Assembly (NCBI GenBank): GCA_964549075.1
Contig: CAZJUB010000048.1
Location: forward strand, 1 to 19,312
DNA length: 19,312 nt
Direction of reading: 5' to 3'
Source: an uncultured archaeon
GTDB taxonomy: Archaea; Asgardarchaeota; Heimdallarchaeia; Heimdallarchaeales; Heimdallarchaeaceae
Below are positions 1 through 6,991 of the stretch, in pieces. The position numbers and the translations under genes are program-made. Numbering within the stretch: position 1 is the first letter of the stretch; every line of letters begins with the position of its first letter. The notes under the pieces were generated by a model, which was not told the DNA's origin, did not search any database, and saw only the letters and a program-made list of their open reading frames with translations.

Positions 1-313
1 CCATATTTTTAAGTTGTGATCCAAGTTCTATGATTCTCTTTCCGATTTTATCCGCATCTTCACGTAAAATGTCACGCATCTGCTTTCGGACTTGGACTTC
101 TTCATTAATCTGATCACGTTTTTCTTTAGATTCCTTTGCTTCTTCAAAGAGTTTGCGTGATAATTGATTGTTTTTGTCCCTAATGCTTCTTTGTTCATTT
201 CTCTTTGAGTTGCATTCACGAAGCTTGTCAATCAATTCTTTTCGTCTCAAACGAATCTCTTCGAGATGTTGTCGTTTTTCGTCCAAGCTCATTTCTTCTG
301 TTTCAGTACTCAT
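1..313 (-). CDS. Archaeal coiled-coil protein (COG1340-like), 5' part only; runs off the left edge
   Basis: Manual translation from ATG at 313: MSTETEEMSLDEKRQHLEEIRLRRKELIDKLRECNSKRNEQRSIRDKNNQLSRKLFEEAKESKEKRDQINEEVQVRKQMRDILREDADKIGKRIIELGSQLKNM..., open to the edge. RD-x-x-N coiled-coil repeats are typical of this family. The track ORF 28..231 is an off-frame shadow. Confidence 0.75.
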   Translation of the reverse strand, partial: MSTETEEMSLDEKRQHLEEIRLRRKELIDKLRECNSKRNEQRSIRDKNNQLSRKLFEEAKESKEKRDQINEEVQVRKQMRDILREDADKIGKRIIELGSQLKNM

Positions 314-442
314 CGTTAATCCAAGCTAGATAGCTTACATGTTCCCTTGGGTCAATCTATCTACAAAGAAGATAAATTCAATTTAAATTTTGTGTCAACA
401 CACTGTGTTGTTTTTTCTTGAAAATTGAGTGCCTTATTAAAT

Positions 443-601
443 CTATTTTTTATTTGATCTTTTCATTCTAAGCTCTTTAGATCTGCATTTGCGGCATTTA
501 GTTGCTGTTTTTGGATTAGTAGCATAACATTTACGACAAACTTTTTTTTCCATTATATGTGATCTTGCTATAGCCCTGTATTCTGGATTTGTTACTGGCA
601 C
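443..601 (-). CDS. rpl40e: 50S ribosomal protein L40e (52 aa, Zn ribbon)
   Basis: Not in the ORF track (<60 aa). GTG start at 601 with SD GAGGTGA (608-614). Translation MPVTNPEYRAIARSHIMEKKVCRKCYATNPKTATKCRKCRSKELRMKRSNKK contains the L40e signature CRKCYA-x-NP-xx-A-x-KCRKC...LR-x-K. Confidence 0.95.
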   Translation of the reverse strand: MPVTNPEYRAIARSHIMEKKVCRKCYATNPKTATKCRKCRSKELRMKRSNKK

Positions 602-700
602 AAAGGCTCACCTCAATTCTTCTATTTCTTTGCAAATAACAGTATAATAAAAGCATTTCTATTAATAGCAAAAGTTTTTGAAAAGTACATAAATCACTTT

Positions 701-1156
701 TTATGTAGTTGTTACATATCTATACTGAAACTTTTCTTTAACATGATTTAATAATTCTTCGAGTTCTTTCCAATCCTTTTCATTCTCATCTTTTAGAAAG
801 ATCTCAATTTCCTCCTTGTATTCTTGCAAGTCTTTTATATCAGCAATATATGAGTTAACTTCAGACTTGATTTTTTCAATTTTTTCAGGAATATCCTCTA
901 AAGAAATTTTAGTTTCCAATGATGTTAAATCACCATTTTCTTTTGTTGCAAGCAAGGCAGTAATATTGTAGTCTAGTTTTGCAATTTTTGAATTTAACGA
1001 AAAAATTCTTTGATTTATCATTACTGTCATATTTTCAGCTCTAGAGATTAATGGGTTTTTTTCTTTCTTCCTTTTTCTGGTTAAGATTAGGATAACTGCA
1101 ATGATAACTAATATTCCGATTCCAACTCCAAGAATTATGTAAAAAGTATTGGGCAT
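701..1156 (-). CDS. Hypothetical single-pass membrane protein with cytoplasmic coiled coil
   Basis: N-terminal hydrophobic helix (IILGVGIGILVIIAVILIL) followed by RKRKKEK (positive-inside rule) and a heptad-rich helical remainder. Confidence 0.75.
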   Translation of the reverse strand: MPNTFYIILGVGIGILVIIAVILILTRKRKKEKNPLISRAENMTVMINQRIFSLNSKIAKLDYNITALLATKENGDLTSLETKISLEDIPEKIEKIKSEVNSYIADIKDLQEYKEEIEIFLKDENEKDWKELEELLNHVKEKFQYRYVTTT

Positions 1157-1586
1157 TATCTAGCTAGAATTTGTGTATAAAGCTATTTAAACTTAAGTAA
1201 ACTATTCTTCCCTCCTATTTCTTTGTTTTCTATCTCATTTAATTTTCTAAAATAGTGTAATATGGGAACTTTTTTATTCCACTCTTTGTTAGAGTTACTT
1301 GAACTGAAAGAATAGTTCAACATATTAAAAATAAGGTATAGAATACCTAAAAATTAATGTGAGTTTACAAAAAGATGATGGATAAAACTCACCCTATCAC
1401 GATTACAATCAATTACATTCAAATTCCATGAATTATTATAAAGTGTGATAAATGAATAAAAACATAATTTAGATTAGTCTAAATTCTATTAATTTAAAGT
1501 AGGGTAGGGATTTGCAGGATTTTTCCATCGTTTTAAAGTAAGCAAATGCTACGAAAATACTAAGCAACGTACAAGGTGAAAAAAAA

Positions 1587-3155
1587 TTGGGTGCTAAAAC
1601 TGATAACTCAACTACAAAATACGAAATTCGTGCATCCTTCGAAATTGATGGTGTTGTTGAAAAACCTGATATTATTGGAGGAATCTATGGACAAACGGAT
1701 GGATTATTAAGTGAAAATCTAGATATCCGTGAACTTCAAAAAACAGGTAGAATTGGAAGGATAAATGTTGAACTTCACAGTGAAGGAGGAAAAACTTCTG
1801 GAAGAATTTTCATTCCAACAAGTTTATCACGTATGGAAACAGCTATTTTAGCTGCTACTCTTGAAACAGTTGATCGTGTGGGTCCATGTAGCTGTGCTGT
1901 AAAACTTGATGAAATTGTAGATGTAAGAATTAATAAACGTCAAAGTATAGTGGATCGTGCTTCTGAGATAATTAGGCAATGGGATCAAAAAGTAAGTCCA
2001 TTTTCTAGTAGTATTAGTTCAGAAGTAGAAAAAACTACTAAGGCAAGTCAGGTATTAAGCATAAGTGATGAAGGATTTTCTGCAGGACCTGGTTTTGAAA
2101 ATCAAAAGAAAATAATTCTTGTTGAAGGTAGAGCTGATGTAGTCAACCTACTAAAATATGGTATTGATAACACAGTCGCAGTAAATGGAACAAGTATTTC
2201 TCCAGAATTAGTTAAATTAATCTCAAAGAAAACTGTAACTGCGTTCTTAGATGGAGATCGGGGAGGAGATCTTATTCTAAAGGAACTCCTACAAGTTTCC
2301 CATGTGGAATATGTTGCTCGAGCTCCACTAAAAAAAGAGGTGGAAGACCTAAATCAAAAGGAGGTTACAGAAGCTTTAGAGCATGCTGTCCAGTTAAACG
2401 ATGCAGTATTCCTTACAGGAAAAGATGCAGAAATTACAGTTAAAGAATTTCTTGAAAAAAGCAAACCTCAGAAGAAAAGGCTTCGATTCGGATCTAAGAA
2501 AACAGAGATAACTAAAAAAGAGACAACCAAACAGAAAGATACAGGTATTAAAATTATAAAACCAGCATTACCTTCAAAAAAGCCTGAAGTTAAAAAAACT
2601 AAGCAAAAAGCAGTAAAAACTGAAAAAGACGTTGAAAAGGAGAAAATTCCAAGTAAACCGGTTTCAACCAAACCAGTAGTGTCTGCACAATCGACTCCTG
2701 CTAGTAGAACAACAACTCAAAAAAGACCTCCAAGTAGACCTTCAGGTAGACCTCCAGGTAGATCTCCAAGTAGGTCTTCTTCAAAAAGACCTTCGAGTAG
2801 CCATTCTAGCAGAACCAGTACTCGAACCAGAACTTCAAGACCTCCAAGAAGAGAAATCCGAAAGGTCGAGTTACCTGAATATTTATCAAACGCTGTTAAG
2901 GAAATCAATACTAAATTGGAAGCAATAGTTTTTGATGAAGCAGATAAAGAGATTATGAGAAGCTCTGCTGCTGAAGCTTTCGATAATCTTGGTAAAATTA
3001 AAGAAGGTAAAGTACTCGTAATAGACGGAGTAATGACTCAAAGATTACTTGAACGATCTAAGGAAAAAGGGATCACTACTGTAATTGGAGCACGAAAAGG
3101 AGAAATATCTAAAAAACCAACTAACGTTAAAATAATTGAATTTAAGAACGTTTAA
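1587..3155 (+). CDS. dnaG: Archaeal DnaG (TOPRIM primase-like, exosome-associated) with a long basic low-complexity insert
   Basis: N-terminal GVVEKPDIIGGIYGQTDGLL...LRELQKTGRIGRI-type motif; TOPRIM motifs IILVEGRADV and FLDGDRGG; TTG start with SD AAGGTGA at 1573-1579. Confidence 0.95.
   Translation: MGAKTDNSTTKYEIRASFEIDGVVEKPDIIGGIYGQTDGLLSENLDIRELQKTGRIGRINVELHSEGGKTSGRIFIPTSLSRMETAILAATLETVDRVGPCSCAVKLDEIVDVRINKRQSIVDRASEIIRQWDQKVSPFSSSISSEVEKTTKASQVLSISDEGFSAGPGFENQKKIILVEGRADVVNLLKYGIDNTVAVNGTSISPELVKLISKKTVTAFLDGDRGGDLILKELLQVSHVEYVARAPLKKEVEDLNQKEVTEALEHAVQLNDAVFLTGKDAEITVKEFLEKSKPQKKRLRFGSKKTEITKKETTKQKDTGIKIIKPALPSKKPEVKKTKQKAVKTEKDVEKEKIPSKPVSTKPVVSAQSTPASRTTTQKRPPSRPSGRPPGRSPSRSSSKRPSSSHSSRTSTRTRTSRPPRREIRKVELPEYLSNAVKEINTKLEAIVFDEADKEIMRSSAAEAFDNLGKIKEGKVLVIDGVMTQRLLERSKEKGITTVIGARKGEISKKPTNVKIIEFKNV
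2724..2783 (+). repeat. Degenerate in-frame 12-bp tandem repeat within dnaG (R-P/S-P/S-S/G units)
   Basis: agacctccaagt agaccttcaggt agacctccaggt agatctccaagt aggtcttcttca encodes RPPS-RPSG-RPPG-RSPS-RSSS. Confidence 0.8.
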
Positions 3156-3178
3156 TCCTTCCTTTTTTTTATTTATTT
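3156..3178 (+). terminator. Probable archaeal oligo-T terminator after dnaG
   Basis: tccttccttttttttatttattt directly follows the stop codon. Confidence 0.45.
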
Positions 3179-3322
3179 CCGTAAAATTTATGAATTTAAT
3201 ATTTCTTGTAGAGTTGAGATGATGCACTTGGAATATCTATAACCTCCTTCAGATTTTTATTTGCTAGGTTAGTGAAACCAAGGTATTTTCACGATTATAT
3301 TTTTGCATTGAGGTGTATTTAA

Positions 3323-4390
3323 GTGACTATAGATGAAAAGGTTAAACTGGTAATTAAAAATACTGAGGAAGTGATTCTTAAATCTGAAATACGAGATTTA
3401 ATAGAGAAAAAGAATAATCCTAGAACATATATCGGTTTTGAGTTGTCTGGCTTAGTACATTTAGGAACTGGAATTGTATGTGGCAATAAGATAAAAGACC
3501 TTATCAAAGCTGGTTTTGAAACTATTGTATTTCTAGCAGATTGGCATAGTTGGATAAATAACAAACTTGGAGCAGATATGGAAAAGATTCAACTAGCTGG
3601 AGAATATTTCAAAAAGGCTTTCGAATCTGTAGGTGTCAAAGGACCTAGAGTAAAATATATCTGGGGATCTGAATTAGCAGAAAAGGTGACTTACTGGGAA
3701 AAAGTTGTGAGAATAGCAAAATCTAACTCTTTAACAAGAGTGTTAAGAACTTTACCTATAATGGGTAGAAAGTCTGAAGGCGACCTTGAATCTGCTTTCT
3801 TGTATTATCCCGCAATGCAGGTCGCTGATATCTACGATATGGAAATTGATTTAGCTTACGGTGGTATGGATCAACGAAAAGCTCACATGCTTGCGCGTGA
3901 TACTGCTGAAAAACTTGGAAGAACCAAACCTGCCTGTATTCATACCCCTCTCTTAACTGGTTTACAAGGTTTTGGTAGAAAAATGGATTCTGAATCAAAA
4001 CCTGATCTTGCAGAACAAATAGATGTTAAGATGTCTAAATCAAAACCAGAAACATGTGTTTTCATACATGATACAGAAAAAGAGATTTTCGAAAAAACTA
4101 CAAAAGCTAATTGTCCTGCAAAACAAGTGATAGCAAACCCCATTACTGAAATCGTCCAGTATATCCTTTTTGATGTTTTTAACGAAATTAAAATTGAACG
4201 GGATGCAAAATATGGTGGTGATTTAATCTACCATACCTTCAAATCTTTCAAGGAAGATTATGAAAAAGGTGAGATTCATCCTCAAGACCTAAAGATTAAT
4301 GTTGCAAGATTATTAAACCAGCTTTTGACACCTTCACGAAAATACTTTGAAAAACATGAAAATCTTATAGAAGAAGTTAAAAAACTCTGA
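3323..4390 (+). CDS. tyrS: Tyrosine--tRNA ligase (archaeal/eukaryotic type)
   Basis: YIGFELSG..HLGT (HIGH-like), LADWHSWIN, YPAMQVADI, GGMDQRKAHMLARD and KMSKS motifs; GTG start with SD GAGGTG. Confidence 0.96.
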   Translation: MTIDEKVKLVIKNTEEVILKSEIRDLIEKKNNPRTYIGFELSGLVHLGTGIVCGNKIKDLIKAGFETIVFLADWHSWINNKLGADMEKIQLAGEYFKKAFESVGVKGPRVKYIWGSELAEKVTYWEKVVRIAKSNSLTRVLRTLPIMGRKSEGDLESAFLYYPAMQVADIYDMEIDLAYGGMDQRKAHMLARDTAEKLGRTKPACIHTPLLTGLQGFGRKMDSESKPDLAEQIDVKMSKSKPETCVFIHDTEKEIFEKTTKANCPAKQVIANPITEIVQYILFDVFNEIKIERDAKYGGDLIYHTFKSFKEDYEKGEIHPQDLKINVARLLNQLLTPSRKYFEKHENLIEEVKKL

Positions 4391-4406
4391 TTTCTTCTTT
4401 TTCTTT
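4391..4406 (+). terminator. Probable oligo-T terminator after tyrS
   Basis: tttcttctttttcttt directly follows the stop codon. Confidence 0.45.
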
Positions 4407-4419
4407 AATAGTCTTTGAC

Positions 4420-4433
4420 AAAAAAGTTCAATA
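4420..4433 (+). promoter_or_regulatory. Candidate BRE/TATA promoter for the ncRNA
   Basis: Purine-rich AAAAAAG followed by TTCAATA (4427-4433), about 25 nt upstream of the first hairpin at ~4454. The TATA match is imperfect. Confidence 0.4.
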
Positions 4434-4452
4434 CCATTCATACGATAGTAAT

Positions 4453-4672
4453 GTGCCTTTATCGAGGACTTTCTAGAGATGGCAAGAGCTAACAAGGAAA
4501 GAAAGTGCAATAAAAAGGCAAAAGACTACCAACGGGCTCCTATGGAGTAGAGTAGGACTCTACACAATGAAGTAAGGGCAACCCTGGTAGACAACAGTTG
4601 CTCCTGAGGAGCTCAACTAACTGATATGGGAAAATCCCTAAATATGATGTTTAGAGTTAACCTCAGGAGCAT
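4453..4672 (+). ncRNA. Putative three-hairpin box H/ACA pseudouridylation guide RNA
   Basis: HP1: lower stem gccttt(4455-60)/aaaggc(4514-19); pocket atcgagg / gcaa; upper stem actttct(4468-74)/agaaagt(4500-06); K-turn AGA...AAG-GAA; then AAAAGA (ANANNA). HP2: ctacca(4526-31)/tggtag(4585-90); pocket acgggc / gcaaccc; K-turn GGA...AAU-GAA; apical gtagagt/actctac; then ACAACA. HP3: tgctcctgagg(4599-4609)/cctcaggagca(4661-71) with a C/D-type K-turn CUGA(4621-24)...UGAUG(4645-49). The HP1 and HP2 pockets match recalled archaeal 23S PTC sequences. Confidence 0.8.
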
Positions 4673-4736
4673 TATTTCTGTTTTAAGATGAAAACATAAA
4701 AAATAAATAATGATTCAATAATCTTCCCGTGTTTAT

Positions 4737-4815
4737 GGGGCAGTGATCTAGCCTGGTCTATGATGCCGCTCTCACACAGCGGATGTCGCAGGTTCAAATC
4801 CTGCCTGCCCCACCA
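4737..4815 (+). tRNA. tRNA-Val (anticodon CAC), intronless, CCA encoded
   Basis: Acceptor stem GGGGCAG/CTGCCCC, D arm with G15 and GG, anticodon arm CCGCT-CTCACAC-AGCGG, T arm GCAGG-TTCAAAT-CCTGC, discriminator A plus CCA. Confidence 0.97.
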
Positions 4816-4843
4816 TCTCATCGTTAAATTATGGGTCGACAAA

Positions 4844-5299
4844 ATGCCTCAGTTAGTCAAAGGAGGGAAATATGTTTTTGGTTGGTCTTATGTTGGGGAT
4901 GAGGGTAAAATCTCTCTCCCTCCTGAAGCTTGGATTGAGTACAACTACCAATTATATGATGAAGTTATTTTGATTTCGGGGAGTAAAACTTCAGGGGGTT
5001 TTAGTATCATAAAAATAGATAAATTACTAGAATCGTCTTTGTCAAGGATAATAAGTGAATCACAAGGTAATCTTCCAAAAAACGAGATTTTTCAAAATGG
5101 AAATAGGAATTTATTTGTTTCTACATTTGAAGAAGAGTGTGCTATTAATCTTAAACCCAATGTTCTCAATAAATTTGGCATTGGTCTCAATACCAAACTA
5201 TTAGCTGCTAGAGGAAGCGGTTTAGGACTCGGTCTCATAGCAAAAGGCCCCATTTATCAAGAAGCTGAAAATCATCCCGAACTAGAACTTTTTACATAA
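4844..5299 (+). CDS. Conserved hypothetical protein, probably tandem AbrB/MraZ-like swapped-hairpin fold (151 aa)
   Basis: Start reassigned to ATG 4844 because the track start overlaps the tRNA. MPQLVKGGKYVFGWSYVGDEGKISLPPEA resembles AbrB-type V-x-x-x-G-x-I-x-IP; a second similar unit is FEEECAINLKPNVLNKFGI. Confidence 0.7.
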   Translation: MPQLVKGGKYVFGWSYVGDEGKISLPPEAWIEYNYQLYDEVILISGSKTSGGFSIIKIDKLLESSLSRIISESQGNLPKNEIFQNGNRNLFVSTFEEECAINLKPNVLNKFGIGLNTKLLAARGSGLGLGLIAKGPIYQEAENHPELELFT

Positions 5300-5316
5300 T
5301 TGTTGGTGTTAACAAA

Positions 5317-6297
5317 ATGAACCTAGAACCTTCCTCTAAACAGAATAATTTTGTTGATTTATTCTCTGGTGCAGGAGGTTTTAGTCTAGGATTTAAAATG
5401 TTAGGGTTTCATGATTTACTTGCTATTGAGCAGAATGAAACTGCAGCTAATACATATAAACTGAATTTTCCAAGCTCACCTATTATTTTAAATGATATAA
5501 GAAAAATCCATGGTTTGGAAATTATCGAAAATGTACAAGATAAGATAGATGTAGTATTAGCATCTCCACCTTGTGAGCCATTCACATCTGCTAATCCTCG
5601 AAGGATGAAAACACCTTGGGAAAGATTCTATCAAGATCCACAAGGTGATTTGATATTTCATGCCATAAGAATTATTAGTGATCTAGAACCTGATTTTTTC
5701 GTTATTGAAAATGTCATCGCAATAGCTGAAGAAGAATCACAAAACATAATCAAAGATGAGCTTGGCACTATTGGATATGAAAAAATTTATTTTAATTTCG
5801 TCTCTGCAGAGAAACATGGTTGCCCAAGTGTTAGGAAAAGAGTTTTTATATCAAATCTTAAATTTCAATTACCATTTCGTAGTGAAATTACGGTAAAGAA
5901 TGCCATATATAGCTTACCTTCCCCATCCTATCCAAATGATTATCAAGGACATTTTACCCTTCCTTTTGCTAAACAAGCAGAGAGAAAAGCGCTCAAAATA
6001 AGAAAAGGAGACGCAGCAGTTCATTTTAAAGGTGCAAAAGGGGAATTTCAAAACTGGATAAAACTTGACGAAAATGATGTTTGTCCTACCGTAATGGGAA
6101 AATCAAGATTCATTCACCCTACTGAGAATAGACCTTTAACAATACGCGAACATGCAAGACTACTTAGCTATCCTGATACTTTTCATTTCTTGGGTTCTGT
6201 AGAGGAAATGTTTAATCAGGTAGGAGAATCAGTCCCTCCAGTAGTTTCTAAAGGAATTGCAGAAAAAATAAAAAATAAGATTAAAGAAAAAGAATAG
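5317..6297 (+). CDS. C5-cytosine methyltransferase (Dcm family, archaeal orphan type resembling MJ0563)
   Basis: Motif I DLFSGAGG, IV SPPCEPFT, VI ENV, VIII PSVRKRVF, IX RPLTIREHARL, X QVGESVPP. Confidence 0.92.
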   Translation: MNLEPSSKQNNFVDLFSGAGGFSLGFKMLGFHDLLAIEQNETAANTYKLNFPSSPIILNDIRKIHGLEIIENVQDKIDVVLASPPCEPFTSANPRRMKTPWERFYQDPQGDLIFHAIRIISDLEPDFFVIENVIAIAEEESQNIIKDELGTIGYEKIYFNFVSAEKHGCPSVRKRVFISNLKFQLPFRSEITVKNAIYSLPSPSYPNDYQGHFTLPFAKQAERKALKIRKGDAAVHFKGAKGEFQNWIKLDENDVCPTVMGKSRFIHPTENRPLTIREHARLLSYPDTFHFLGSVEEMFNQVGESVPPVVSKGIAEKIKNKIKEKE

Positions 6298-6302
6298 GGA
6301 TT

Positions 6303-6974
6303 CTAGATGGAAGTAAAAACTTCTCCCAAGCTTGAAAATATCAGCGCCAGGGGTACATCTAGAATGTTGTGAAAAGTTTTACGAGCTTTTCTAATTGAAA
6401 ATAAATCAGATGTGGAGAAGATTTTACCGTTTTTATTTACAGCTGTAAAAGAATCTTTTGCAACCCAAATAAGACGATTTTCTCCTTTGCGAGCAATTAT
6501 CTCTTCTTCTCCCACCATAAATGTAGAGTCTTCATTGATAAACCATAGAGATGTGGAGTTATATGTTTGTATCATTATACTTTCCTTTTCGTCATATCTG
6601 ATATAATCTGCTCGTTTAATCTGATGTTTGTATTTTCTAACAATCTCTTCATACAACTCTGTTTCTTCTAATGGCGGGATTTCTTTCACTTGATCTTTGG
6701 TAAGGAAAGGAAGTTGAACGGGGAAAAGAAGAGCAGTTGAATAAGTGTCCTCTATAATCTCCCCTACAGCTCCTTTTGCGGTATGAACAAGTAAATCAGC
6801 GATTATCCCTGTGGGACCATCAAGTAGAAAACCTATCTGTCGGTTTTGGTTTTCATCAAAAACTGGTAGAAGTATGGAATTTTTAGATATAGAAAGTTTC
6901 ACATGTCTGTTATCAAATGTATATTCAAAACTATGTGTTGTTTTCAAAGGTCTGTTTTTTACAATTAATCTCAT
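6303..6974 (-). CDS. Hypothetical beta-rich protein, last gene of the ArsR operon
   Basis: 223-aa ORF with SD GGAGG upstream, 17 nt after the ArsR stop codon; no motif recognised. Confidence 0.7.
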   Translation of the reverse strand: MRLIVKNRPLKTTHSFEYTFDNRHVKLSISKNSILLPVFDENQNRQIGFLLDGPTGIIADLLVHTAKGAVGEIIEDTYSTALLFPVQLPFLTKDQVKEIPPLEETELYEEIVRKYKHQIKRADYIRYDEKESIMIQTYNSTSLWFINEDSTFMVGEEEIIARKGENRLIWVAKDSFTAVNKNGKIFSTSDLFSIRKARKTFHNILDVPLALIFSSLGEVFTSI

Positions 6975-6991
6975 TTTAGTTCCTCCGAAAA

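Noticed and set aside
28-231. Track ORF of 67 aa
   Set aside because: Off-frame shadow of the real coiled-coil CDS starting at 313.
3218-3260. Possible C/D box sRNA starting at GATGATGC
   Set aside because: Box C is imperfect and no CTGA box D lies at a suitable spacing.
2468-4143. Short minus-strand ORFs within dnaG and tyrS
   Set aside because: Antisense shadows of well-supported genes, with no motifs.
4441-4680. RNase P RNA, T-box, riboswitch or SRP RNA interpretation of the structured spacer
   Set aside because: GAAAGTGCAA resembles an RNase P segment and AGAGA resembles a T-box motif, but the P4 consensus, T-box antiterminator and SRP helix-8 motif are absent. The H/ACA model explains stems, K-turns, boxes and rRNA complementarity together.
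4760-4843. N-terminal extension of ORF 4760..5299
   Set aside because: It overlaps tRNA-Val; ATG 4844 gives the plausible start.
4800-6297. Integrated element or restriction-modification island at the tRNA 3' end
   Set aside because: No integrase, no duplicated tRNA 3' end seen and no recognisable restriction nuclease; the methyltransferase looks like a conserved archaeal orphan family.
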